A stretch of 22,270 nt of DNA, taken from Sulfurimonadaceae bacterium. GTDB lineage: Bacteria > Campylobacterota > Campylobacteria > Campylobacterales > Sulfurimonadaceae. Both the position numbers and the translations under genes were made by a program. Each line of letters begins with the position of its first letter. Position 1 is the first letter of the stretch. The notes under the pieces were generated by a model that was not told where the DNA came from, searched no databases, and saw only the letters and a list, made by a program, of their open reading frames with translations. Positions 1 through 8,313 of the stretch are shown piece by piece. The stretch is taken from assembly GCA_041571435.1 (NCBI GenBank), contig JBFFUI010000038.1, positions 1 to 22,270 of the forward strand. Reading direction: 5' to 3'.

Positions 1-309
1 GCGGTGATCACGGTGCGTTACTTCGGCGGCACCAAGCTGGGAACGGGCGGTCTGGTCCGGGCCTATTCGGACGCGACCAACATGGTCATCGAGAAGGCGG
101 AGCTGCTGCCATATGAAAAAGAGGAAGTGCTGAGGGTCTCGTGCGCCTACACGGACATCGGTAAAGTGGGGTACATTCTTGAAAACCTCGGTATCAGGGT
201 CAGCGAAAAAGAGTTTGACACGGTCGGTGAGATCATGCGGTTAGAGGCACCGCAAGAGAAGCTGGATCTGTTTTTGGCCGAAGCAAAGCGGCTGGTACAT
301 GTCGTTTAG
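1..309 (+). CDS. yigZ: YigZ/IMPACT family protein, C-terminal part (5' end outside window)
   Basis: Motif VRYFGGTKLGTGGLVRAY is the YigZ/IMPACT signature; the frame is open from position 1. Confidence 0.9.
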   Translation, partial: AVITVRYFGGTKLGTGGLVRAYSDATNMVIEKAELLPYEKEEVLRVSCAYTDIGKVGYILENLGIRVSEKEFDTVGEIMRLEAPQEKLDLFLAEAKRLVHVV

Positions 310-1193
310 CCTTTTTTGACCAGCAAGCCGCCCAAAACGATCAGACCTATGCCGCAAAACGTCCAGAAATCAGGAAAGAGGTCGCCCAGCATATAGCCGA
401 AGCCGATGGCAAACGGGATGTTCGTGTAGCTGACAACACCGATAATGCCTGCTTTTGAGAGGCTGTAGGCCTTGGTCAAGAGCCACTGCGAGAGTGTCGA
501 TATGATGCCCATCGCCAGGATCAGTGTCCAGACCTTAGAGCTGCTCGGCATCTGAAAATCAACGAAGAGAAATGAAAGTGCTTCCGGGGCATCGATGTAG
601 GGTGCGACAACAAAGAGAAAGAGGGGAAGTACCGCACCTGTCGTCATGAACGAGAGGACGATCACCCTTGCGTCGTAGATATGTTTGATCTTTTTGATCG
701 TGGTGTAGGCCGCCGCGGCAAGAAAACCGCCCAGGATTCCGAGAAAGTGTTCATAACTCAGGCTTAAACCGACCGGCTTGGTGATCAGAAGGATACCGAT
801 AAAACCGGCCGCAAGGGCGATGATCCCTTTTTTGTCAAGGTGCTCCTGCAGCAGAAAAAAAGCCAATACCGAGACAAAGAGCGGCGAGGTCTTGTTCAGT
901 GTGATCGCAACGCCCAGCGGTATGGTCGTGATGGTGTAGAAAAAGAGTATCATCGCGCTGAAACCGAGCAGACCGCGCAGTACAAGCAGGTGAAGCTGAC
1001 CGCCGGGCAGTCTGGTCGGGGTGTGTTTGAGCATCACCAGCAGAAAAAAGACCCCCATCAGGTTTCTGAAAAAGACGATCTCAAGTGCGGAGATATCATC
1101 ACTGAGAATCTTGGCGATAGCGCCGTTGAGTGCCGAGATGAGGGCACTGATCAACATAAAAAGAACCCCTCTGTCAACTCTGCTTAGCATCAC
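306..1193 (-). CDS. DMT (EamA) family transporter
   Basis: 295 aa, about 10 hydrophobic segments in two repeats; EIVFFRN and TSPLFV...LLQE motifs typical of EamA. Confidence 0.9.
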   Translation of the reverse strand: MMLSRVDRGVLFMLISALISALNGAIAKILSDDISALEIVFFRNLMGVFFLLVMLKHTPTRLPGGQLHLLVLRGLLGFSAMILFFYTITTIPLGVAITLNKTSPLFVSVLAFFLLQEHLDKKGIIALAAGFIGILLITKPVGLSLSYEHFLGILGGFLAAAAYTTIKKIKHIYDARVIVLSFMTTGAVLPLFLFVVAPYIDAPEALSFLFVDFQMPSSSKVWTLILAMGIISTLSQWLLTKAYSLSKAGIIGVVSYTNIPFAIGFGYMLGDLFPDFWTFCGIGLIVLGGLLVKKG

Positions 1194-1213
1194 AATCCCA
1201 AAACTTTTTTGAC

Positions 1214-1221
1214 ATTGTAGC
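1214..1221 (-). promoter_or_regulatory. Putative sigma70 -10 box (gcTACAAT) for the DMT gene
   Basis: Matches the gnTAnAAT Campylobacterota consensus about 20 nt upstream of the start. Confidence 0.4.
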
Positions 1222-1234
1222 CAAGGGTACTTAG

Positions 1235-2047
1235 TTAGGGCTGTTGACTCTGTGGTGGTGTCGGGGCTTCGAGCTGCTCTCGTTTACTGCGAAAGACGAT
1301 GTGGCTCAGGACGATCACATTAAAGACAGGTGTGATCAGTGCGGCAAAAGGGATCATTGAGATGATATAGAGTGCCACCGTATTCATGCGGACACTGTTG
1401 CCTTGGACGAACATCATCTGTTTGTACTGTTCCTTGGTCATTGCCGTCGTACCGACATCCAGCAGATAGAACTTGTGAAAGAGGTAGTAAAACGGGAAGT
1501 TGATCGCGACGATGTTGACCAGCGGAATGAAATAGAACGGTATCAATGCAATAAGCAAGATCACCATAATAGCAATATATTTGAGCGAGTGAAAAAGGGT
1601 CGTAAAGACATTACCGTGGCCTTCAAGCAGCAAATCCGGGTAGTGGCGTGCCTGAAGCTCCCGCATGATCGCCGGGGTCAAAAAACCGATCACCAGAATG
1701 GCGGTAAAGATGGCGACGACAAAGATAAACATTCCGCCGACGGTAAAGACAAAGAAACTGACCAGCCACGAGGTCAAGGAGTACTTCATCAGAAACTCCA
1801 TGATCGCACTGCCGCCGCTATAGACGACTGAGGAGTTCTCGGTATGGGTGACACCGTTCTCTTCTGTTGTCTGTGTCGACTCGATCTGAACGAAGCTCTC
1901 CTGGAGTGAGTCCAGTCCTGCATCCGCTGCCGAGAAGAAGAGGGCATAGAGGACGATCGTCGTAAAAAGAAAGGGAGCAAAAGCATAGGTGAGCATCTTC
2001 TTGGTAAAAAAGTCTTGCGCACTAATACGCCATAGGTTTGGGTTCAC
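1235..2047 (-). CDS. EI24/CysZ-like membrane protein
   Basis: 270 aa polytopic protein with GFLTP...HYP and LIPFYFIPLVN motifs as seen in EI24-domain proteins; RBS AAGGAG upstream. Confidence 0.75.
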   Translation of the reverse strand: MNPNLWRISAQDFFTKKMLTYAFAPFLFTTIVLYALFFSAADAGLDSLQESFVQIESTQTTEENGVTHTENSSVVYSGGSAIMEFLMKYSLTSWLVSFFVFTVGGMFIFVVAIFTAILVIGFLTPAIMRELQARHYPDLLLEGHGNVFTTLFHSLKYIAIMVILLIALIPFYFIPLVNIVAINFPFYYLFHKFYLLDVGTTAMTKEQYKQMMFVQGNSVRMNTVALYIISMIPFAALITPVFNVIVLSHIVFRSKREQLEAPTPPQSQQP

Positions 2048-2100
2048 ATGTTCTCCTTGTGTAATGTCTCAATAGTAGCTAAAAAAAGAGAAGGTTTGCG

Positions 2101-2778
2101 TTAAACAATGGGAAAGCACCACCCCTCGCCTTTGGCTTCATCCGCTATTTCAACGGTCTCCCCGTTAAGGATCTTGGCCCCGCCATAGGCGCATAACAGG
2201 GCATCGACAAGGTGTTCGTCCTGTTTTATGGTGAGATTGAAATGTGCCAAAAGCGCATCGGACTCTTTTTTGTAGTTGTCAAAACCAAGAGAGTGTGCGA
2301 TCTGTTTGGGGTAGACCTCATAGATGGGGACTTTACGGCCTTTGATAGTGATGTGGGGAAACTGATAGTGAAAGTGGTGCAGAAGTGCGACAGCCCGGGC
2401 CGTCAGTCTGCCGATACGGTCGCCCGCCGGCGGCATCGGGCGAAGGCCATAGCTCTTGAAGAGGTAATAGTCGGTGTAGCGAAAGAGGTAGGGGTTGATG
2501 ATCTCACCACTCCCTTCCCTTGGCGCAGAGGGGGTACTTGGGTCGACCAGGGGACGCGGCAGGCTCAAGGGCGCATCAATGGCGATAGCGTCCACCTCCA
2601 GACGCTCGAACAGATCAACGATATAGTGTTGGCACGTGCGATGATCTTTATGTCTGGGCTCTTTAAACGCTTCGATGATCTCGATCTTGCCGTCTTTGAC
2701 CTCGGCATAGACATAAGCCGAATTGCCGCTCATGCAACCGCCAAGATCGATGCCCAATATTTTACAGTTCGTTTGCAT
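2101..2778 (-). CDS. DUF429-like predicted nuclease (RNase H-like fold)
   Basis: GIDLG, IAIDAPL, R.TD, EVYP and DALLCA motifs. Confidence 0.75.
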   Translation of the reverse strand: MQTNCKILGIDLGGCMSGNSAYVYAEVKDGKIEIIEAFKEPRHKDHRTCQHYIVDLFERLEVDAIAIDAPLSLPRPLVDPSTPSAPREGSGEIINPYLFRYTDYYLFKSYGLRPMPPAGDRIGRLTARAVALLHHFHYQFPHITIKGRKVPIYEVYPKQIAHSLGFDNYKKESDALLAHFNLTIKQDEHLVDALLCAYGGAKILNGETVEIADEAKGEGWCFPIV

Positions 2779-2822
2779 ACCGCAGTGTATAATAATCGTA
2801 GTAACATGAACAAGGAGATGAG

Positions 2823-3494
2823 ATGAAAAATGTATTTACATCGATGGCTTTGGGAAGTGTTTTGCTCTTTAGTGGGCTCCATGCAGAGGAGGTGACCACA
2901 CCGCAGATAAAACAGGACGGGTTTTATGTGGGTGCCGGTGGCGGTATGAGTTTTAATGCTGTGGTCCTCTCCAAAGGCTATTTTCAAGATGATACAACGA
3001 CCTATAAAAGTGATAACTTAAGTGATACGGACATCGGCTATATTGTGTATGGCGGTTATCAGTTCAACAAGGTTATCGCTGTCGAAGCAGCCTATACGGA
3101 TTATGGCTCCTTCTCGGATACGGTCGCTACAGCCTCCGTACCGGGAAATGAGACGTTTAAGAGTGATCCAGCCTCTTTCTCCCTTTATGCGAATGCCGGT
3201 TATACCTTTGCAAACGGTCTGCGTCCTTTTGGCCAGATCGGGGCGGGATATCTTATGGTGAACGGTTCGCGTACAACCGATGCGATCAACATCGATGACG
3301 GTATGTCGATGCGTTTTGGTCTGGGTTTGGAGTATGCACCGCCAAAACTCGCCGGTTTTGGGTTCAGGATCGCCTATATCGAAGAGCTAACAATGGATTA
3401 TGATTATAAAGCTGATGATAACGGACAGGATACGTCAACAGTGATGATGAACTATAACGGGATGATGTACGTCGGTGCACAATATAAGTTTTGA
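2823..3494 (+). CDS. Outer-membrane beta-barrel protein (OmpA-like transmembrane/porin family)
   Basis: Signal peptide, GFYVGAGGG, YGGYQFN...AVEAAY, C-terminal YVGAQYKF Bam signal; RBS AAGGAG. Confidence 0.85.
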   Translation: MKNVFTSMALGSVLLFSGLHAEEVTTPQIKQDGFYVGAGGGMSFNAVVLSKGYFQDDTTTYKSDNLSDTDIGYIVYGGYQFNKVIAVEAAYTDYGSFSDTVATASVPGNETFKSDPASFSLYANAGYTFANGLRPFGQIGAGYLMVNGSRTTDAINIDDGMSMRFGLGLEYAPPKLAGFGFRIAYIEELTMDYDYKADDNGQDTSTVMMNYNGMMYVGAQYKF

Positions 3495-3763
3495 TGCAGA
3501 GTTATAGGTTTACAGTATCCGGGCGTGTCCAGGGGGTCTATTATCGTGCCAATGTCGCTAAAAATGCGCAAAGAGCAGGGTTCAGCGGTTATGTCAAAAA
3601 CCTGGCAGACGGGCGGGTTGAAGCGGCAGTAAGCTGTCACGAAGAGCAGCTGGGAGACTTTAAAAAGATCCTGAATATCGGCTCACCGGCCAGCAGCGTC
3701 TCTTCGATCGAAGAGACGTTTATAGAGGAATGTTTTAACGGTGAGTTTGAGATCCGTTATTAG
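3494..3763 (+). CDS. acyP: Acylphosphatase
   Basis: VSGRVQGVYYR and GYVKNLADGRVE signatures; the ATG overlaps the upstream TGA. Confidence 0.92.
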   Translation: MQSYRFTVSGRVQGVYYRANVAKNAQRAGFSGYVKNLADGRVEAAVSCHEEQLGDFKKILNIGSPASSVSSIEETFIEECFNGEFEIRY

Positions 3764-3838
3764 CGTTTTATAGAAAACTCTCCGTTTTGATGTTTGTGAT
3801 AGAACAATTCTTTATCACTATTGCCTGATTCTGCAATA

Positions 3839-4909
3839 CTATTCCCACCACATTTCGGTAGCTTTATACTCGAGAAGAGGCACCGCTTCGCCCATCTTCG
3901 GGTGGGAGAGTTCGACCCCTTTGCGCTCGGCCTCCGCCGAGACCCTTTCCAGCGGCTCTTTCCAGGGGTGCATGGCCAGTTTAAAGCTGCCGTTGTGGAT
4001 CGGGAAAAGCCGTGCGCCTTTCAGGTCCAGATGGGCCTGGACAGTCTCTTCGGGCATCATATGAATGCTTCGCCAGCGTTCGTTATAGGCACCTGCTTCC
4101 AAAAATGTCATATCAAAGGGACCGTAACGATCCCCTATCTCCCTGAAACCGTCGAAATAGCCGCTGTCCGCTCCGAAATAGAGGTTGGTATGGGCACTTT
4201 TTATGACCCAGGAAGTCCATAGCGTCTTGTTACGGTCGAAAAATCCCCGCGCAGAAAAGTGCTGTGCCGAAACGGCCGTGATGGTAAGGCCATGGTCTTC
4301 GACACTTTCCCACCAGTCCAGCTCCGTGATCTTGGAAGCGTCAACACCCCAATCGACAAGCTGCGACTTGATCCCCAGTGTCGTGTAGATATGCCCGATC
4401 CTATCTTTGAGCCCTTTGATCGTCGCTTCGTCCAGGTGGTCGTAGTGGTTGTGCGAGATGATAACAATGTCGATATAGGGCATCTCATCAAGAGAGATCG
4501 GCAGCTCATGAAACCGCTTCGGTCCAAGAAAAGAGATTGGTGATATACGTTCGGAAAAAACAGGGTCTGTCAGGACAAAACGGCCGTCCAGCCGAAACAG
4601 CAGGGTGGAGTGCACCAGGCGGATCACGGTGTCCTCCGGCATCTGTAGAAGCGCCTCACGGGTGAGTTTATGCACAGGAACGGTTCCGGTTTTTGGGGTG
4701 GTTCCTTCATTGTCTTTCACAAAAAGCTCCCACATGATGGAGAGCGTATCTGTAAAACCGAGTTTCTCTTCATCCATCTTGCTCTCAAAACGCCCATCCT
4801 TGTAGAACGATGCGCTGAAGCGCGGCTTGAGCTCTTTTTCGGAACACCCGTTCATCATGACTCCCGTGATACATAGTGCCAGAATGGCGATTTTGCTTTG
4901 CGTTTTCAT
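3839..4909 (-). CDS. MBL-fold metallo-hydrolase (RomA/NAPE-PLD-like), probable lipoprotein
   Basis: LTDPVFSER, SHNHYDHLD, QHFSAR, GADSGY and PIHNG motifs; N-terminal signal ending in NG-C. Confidence 0.88.
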   Translation of the reverse strand: MKTQSKIAILALCITGVMMNGCSEKELKPRFSASFYKDGRFESKMDEEKLGFTDTLSIMWELFVKDNEGTTPKTGTVPVHKLTREALLQMPEDTVIRLVHSTLLFRLDGRFVLTDPVFSERISPISFLGPKRFHELPISLDEMPYIDIVIISHNHYDHLDEATIKGLKDRIGHIYTTLGIKSQLVDWGVDASKITELDWWESVEDHGLTITAVSAQHFSARGFFDRNKTLWTSWVIKSAHTNLYFGADSGYFDGFREIGDRYGPFDMTFLEAGAYNERWRSIHMMPEETVQAHLDLKGARLFPIHNGSFKLAMHPWKEPLERVSAEAERKGVELSHPKMGEAVPLLEYKATEMWWE

Positions 4910-4951
4910 GTGACCTTTCAGATCTAGCCGATGAAGACCTAATCTACTTTA

Positions 4952-6181
4952 TTAATTCAGGTGCTGTGCCATCTCTTTTCCGGCGATCATCCCGCTGGCC
5001 CAGGCAAAGTTAAAGTTATAGCCACCGCGGCGTCCGACGATGTCGATGACCTCACCGGCAAAATAGAGACCGTCAACCAGTTTCGACTCCATCGTTTTCT
5101 CATTGATCTCTGCGGTACTGACGCCGCCGCCGCTCACCTCGGCATGTTTGAAGCCGTGGGTATCGATGATCTCAAAGCGCCAATCCTGCAGTTGATGGGC
5201 CAGCTTTTTGATCTGTTTGGTATTGAGTTCCGATGCCGGCATGGTCGGTTCGATCCCGGCACTTTTCAGCAGGTTGGGTACGATCTTGGTGGAGATCATG
5301 CCACATAGGGCACTTTCGAGTGTATGGTCAGGGACGGCTTTGAACAGCTTTTCAAGCTGACTGCTGAGTGTTTGACGATTAAAACGCGGCAGCAGGTTTA
5401 CCCCGACAGCAACATGCTGAAACCCGGCCAGAGCCGATGAGGCTTTCTGACTGACATCCAAAATAGCCAGCCCCGAGATACCGTAACGCGTAAAGAGGAT
5501 GTCCCCCGAGATCTTCTCTTCCGCTTTTCCGTTAAGATAGAGCGTCACCTCGGCAACTGTTTTGACACCGGCCATTTTATGGTGGATCTCCGAATCGATG
5601 TGCAGCTGTACCAGTGAGGGGTAGAGTGATTCGATCGTATGCCCGAATGCTTTGGCAAAGGTGTAGCCGTCACCGGTCGCACCGAGCTGCGGTGCGGCTT
5701 CCGAACCCGTTGCGATGAGGACTTTGTCATAAGCTGTTTTTGCTTGATCCGTCTGCACTGTAAAGTGTTGGCCGTCTTTGGCGATATGGGTGACATTCTG
5801 GTCTGTCAAAATGGTCACACCGGCCGTTTTGACCGCTTCCGAGAAGGCAATAACGACCGATTTAGCTTCATTGGAAAGCGGGTAGCAGCGGCCGTCGTCT
5901 TTGGCATCGAGCAGAAGTCCGATAGTGTGGCAGAACTTTTCAAAAGCGCGATAGGGCATGGCTTCCAGAGCATAGGTCACAAAAGCAGGGTTAGTACCGA
6001 AGTAGTCGCTGACATAAGCTGTCGTGTTGATGATATTACAGCGTCCGTTCCCTGAGGCCAGGATCTTTTTACCAACACTTTTGTTGTGCTCGTAGACAGT
6101 GACATCGGCTCCGGCTTTTGCGGCGGTAAGTGCGGCCATCAGTCCGGCCGCGCCACCGCCGATGATGGCGACTTTATTCAT
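4952..6181 (-). CDS. HI0933/BaiN family NAD(P)/FAD-dependent oxidoreductase
   Basis: IIGGGAAG, GKKILASGNGRCN, GLYFAGEVID and GGYNF motifs. Confidence 0.92.
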   Translation of the reverse strand: MNKVAIIGGGAAGLMAALTAAKAGADVTVYEHNKSVGKKILASGNGRCNIINTTAYVSDYFGTNPAFVTYALEAMPYRAFEKFCHTIGLLLDAKDDGRCYPLSNEAKSVVIAFSEAVKTAGVTILTDQNVTHIAKDGQHFTVQTDQAKTAYDKVLIATGSEAAPQLGATGDGYTFAKAFGHTIESLYPSLVQLHIDSEIHHKMAGVKTVAEVTLYLNGKAEEKISGDILFTRYGISGLAILDVSQKASSALAGFQHVAVGVNLLPRFNRQTLSSQLEKLFKAVPDHTLESALCGMISTKIVPNLLKSAGIEPTMPASELNTKQIKKLAHQLQDWRFEIIDTHGFKHAEVSGGGVSTAEINEKTMESKLVDGLYFAGEVIDIVGRRGGYNFNFAWASGMIAGKEMAQHLN

Positions 6182-6187
6182 AGACGT

Positions 6188-6196
6188 ATTGTAGCA
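6188..6196 (-). promoter_or_regulatory. Extended -10 promoter TGcTACAAT, 6 nt before the ATG (leaderless-type)
   Basis: The minus strand reads TTGCTACAAT-acgtct-ATG. Confidence 0.55.
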
Positions 6197-6306
6197 ACTT
6201 TAGAGACCGGTAATGGTAAGTATGGTCTCAATAAATTGTGAAATTAATGATAAATAACGGAAAAAAAGGTGTATAATTAATTTATATACATCAAAAAGGA
6301 CAAGTA

Positions 6307-6603
6307 ATGACAAAAGAACAAGTTCTCGCAGAAGCACAGAAACAGATCGATTCGTTTAAAAAACAGTTGACGGAACTGAACTTGAAAGAAAAGGTTGAAG
6401 GTCTTAGTGTAGATGCCAAAAAAGTGTACGAAGAGCAGCGCAAGGAACTTGAAACATTGATCGATGAAGCAGAGAAGAAGTTCAAAGAACTTGGCGCAAA
6501 GGCAAGTGACAGTTGGCAAGAGACAAAAGAATTTGTCGAATTAACGCAGAAAGCATTGAAACATTCGTTCAACTACTTTATGTCACATTATAAAAAGAAA
6601 TAA
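6307..6603 (+). CDS. Hypothetical small alpha-helical/coiled-coil protein
   Basis: 98 aa, K/E-rich heptads; RBS AAGGA; TATAAT at 6272-6277. Confidence 0.8.
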   Translation: MTKEQVLAEAQKQIDSFKKQLTELNLKEKVEGLSVDAKKVYEEQRKELETLIDEAEKKFKELGAKASDSWQETKEFVELTQKALKHSFNYFMSHYKKK

Positions 6604-6607
6604 TCGT

Positions 6608-6633
6608 TTTAAAGTGTCGTAAGACACTTTAAA
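6608..6633. terminator. Hairpin between convergent genes, probable bidirectional terminator
   Basis: Perfect 11-bp inverted repeat TTTAAAGTGTC-gtaa-GACACTTTAAA directly after the stop at 6603. Confidence 0.65.
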
Positions 6634-6661
6634 CATTTATTATGAATATGCAGATAAAACT

Positions 6662-7228
6662 TTAGTGATTAAAAAGTTTTTCCATTGCTTTAAAAAAGAG
6701 TTTGAATACCCCGTTATTCTCTATTACCCCGTCTATAAACTCATCGTATGTCTTTCGTTTGGAATCAAGGTAGCCGATCAGGTATTTCTCTGAAGCTTCG
6801 ACTCCAGAGTTCTTCTCGATCTCAAGTAACTCCTCATAGAGTTTTGACATTGTGGCGATAGCCTGCGGTTTTGCAGCTTGACGATAGGCCATATAGCCTG
6901 TAGTGCTGTTGTCCATTGGATTTTTTTTGATCTCAAACTTTGTCGTAACCCAGTAGTATCGCCCGTCTTTCGCCAGGTTCTTTACAACGGCGAAAATATT
7001 TTTCCCCTGTTTCAAACGATCCCACATCAACTTGAATATCACTTTCGGCATATCGGGATGACGGATCATACTGTGAGGCTGTCCGACCATCTCTTCGGCC
7101 GTGTATCCGGAGATCTCATAAAAATAATCATTACCGAACTGTATAACCCCTTTTTCATCTGTACGGCTTAGAATATACTTATATTTGTCCAGTGTGATCT
7201 GTTCGTCAATAGGCGTAGGTCTAGTCAT
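6662..7228 (-). CDS. Stand-alone Aer/CetB-like PAS-domain sensor protein
   Basis: SRTDEKGVI...NDYF.EISGY...GQPHSMIRHPDMP...W...KNLAKDGRYYWV; RBS AGGAG 7 nt before the ATG at 7228. Confidence 0.88.
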   Translation of the reverse strand: MTRPTPIDEQITLDKYKYILSRTDEKGVIQFGNDYFYEISGYTAEEMVGQPHSMIRHPDMPKVIFKLMWDRLKQGKNIFAVVKNLAKDGRYYWVTTKFEIKKNPMDNSTTGYMAYRQAAKPQAIATMSKLYEELLEIEKNSGVEASEKYLIGYLDSKRKTYDEFIDGVIENNGVFKLFFKAMEKLFNH

Positions 7229-7460
7229 CAATGAACTCCTTTTTTGTTCCTAGTTTGTTAATATATTTATTGTTGGCGTATAATAATATAAAAATATAGC
7301 ATTAAGACAGTAAAAGTGTTTATTATTTCATCAATGTTACTTTTTGGCGCTTTAAAGAAATGTATAATCGGCAGTTCCATAAACTGGTAAATAATAAACA
7401 GTTAAGATCAAGAAGAGATGAAATATTGCAGGGTTTAATTTGCTACAGTTATATAGATCG

Positions 7461-7716
7461 GAATCGAGTCTGGTGTCGAAGTTGATATAAGTGAAAAAAA
7501 TGTTTGGATTGTATGTCTGAATAGGAAAAGTAGTGGCGCGGTGGACGACATGGCAAAGAAGGGTGCTGTGAGCACGCTTTTTGGCTCAAGTCATATTAAT
7601 AAAGAGCGCAGAGAAACATTAATAGCGAAGCGAGTTTGACGTCGAAGTTAATGTATGAAAAAAAATTGTTTGGATTGTTTGTTTTAAAAGGGAAAAAGTA
7701 GTGGCGCGGTGGACGA
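7461..7716 (-). repeat. Imperfect ~90-bp direct repeat (7461-7548 vs 7627-7716) that includes the last 15 nt of tRNA-Asp
   Basis: TGGCGCGGTGGACGA occurs at 7534-7548 and 7702-7716; the flanks GTCGAAGTT, TGTTTGGATTGT and AAAAGTAG are shared. Confidence 0.8.
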
Positions 7717-7778
7717 GACTCGAACTCGCGACCCCCTGCGTGACAGGCAGGTATTCTAACCAACTGAACTACCACCGC
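7702..7778 (-). tRNA. tRNA-Asp(GTC)
   Basis: 77-nt cloverleaf GCGGTGG...CCACCGC-G-CCA; anticodon arm CCTGC-CTGTCAC-GCAGG. Confidence 0.97.
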
Positions 7779-7792
7779 GCATGTAATAATAA

Positions 7793-7868
7793 TGGTGGGC
7801 ATTACAAGACTCGAACTTGTGACATCTACCTTGTAAGGGTAGCGCTCTACCAACTGAGCTAAACGCCC
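7793..7868 (-). tRNA. tRNA-Val(TAC)
   Basis: 76-nt cloverleaf; anticodon arm CTACC-CTTACAA-GGTAG; encoded CCA. Confidence 0.97.
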
Positions 7869-7884
7869 ATTTTCAACACCTGAA

Positions 7885-7960
7885 TGGCGACCCCTAAAGG
7901 ATTTGAACCTCTGTTCTTACCATGAAGTGGTAATGTCCTTGGCCACTAGACGAAAGGGTC
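7885..7960 (-). tRNA. tRNA-Glu(TTC), atypical (A32, C33, U38; weak T-stem)
   Basis: GACCCTT...AGGGGTC-G-CCA; U11-A24, U13-G22 and short variable loop typical of Glu; anticodon arm TTACC-ACTTCAT-GGTAA. Confidence 0.88.
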
Positions 7961-7978
7961 AAGATTGAACAATGTAAA

Positions 7979-8054
7979 TGGTGGGCATTACAAGACTCGA
8001 ACTTGTGACATCTACCTTGTAAGGGTAGCGCTCTACCAACTGAGCTAAACGCCC
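7979..8054 (-). tRNA. tRNA-Val(TAC), identical to the copy at 7793
   Basis: Same 76-nt sequence. Confidence 0.97.
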
Positions 8055-8074
8055 ATTTAAAATGGAACTATAAA

Positions 8075-8151
8075 TGGCGCGGTGGACGAGACTCGAACTC
8101 GCGACCCCCTGCGTGACAGGCAGGTATTCTAACCAACTGAACTACCACCGC
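8075..8151 (-). tRNA. tRNA-Asp(GTC), identical to the copy at 7702
   Basis: Same 77-nt sequence. Confidence 0.97.
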
Positions 8152-8162
8152 ACATTTATAAA

Positions 8163-8238
8163 TGGTGTCCCGTGATGGACTCGAACCATCGGCATCCTCA
8201 TTAAAAGTGAGATGCTCTACCAACTGAGCTAACGGGAC
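8163..8238 (-). tRNA. tRNA-Lys(TTT)
   Basis: GTCCCGT...ACGGGAC-A-CCA; anticodon loop CTTTTAA. Confidence 0.97.
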
Positions 8239-8274
8239 TCATAAACTCTAGCGAACTAGTGTTTGTGAGGCGAA

Positions 8275-8303
8275 ATTATAGGCAAAAGATTCTTCGTTGT
8301 CAA
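8275..8303 (-). promoter_or_regulatory. Consensus sigma70 promoter of the tRNA operon
   Basis: TTGACA (8303-8298), 17-nt spacer, TATAAT (8280-8275) on the minus strand. Confidence 0.88.
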
Positions 8304-8313
8304 GAGCTTTTTG

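Noticed and set aside
7596-7853. 85-aa ORF in the ORF track
   Set aside because: It overlaps two tRNA genes and is spurious.
7885-7960. Reading the odd tRNA as a UCA (opal/Sec/Trp) suppressor because of CTTCA in the loop
   Set aside because: That register breaks the anticodon stem and puts U at position 37. There is no long variable arm, and the body has Glu features.
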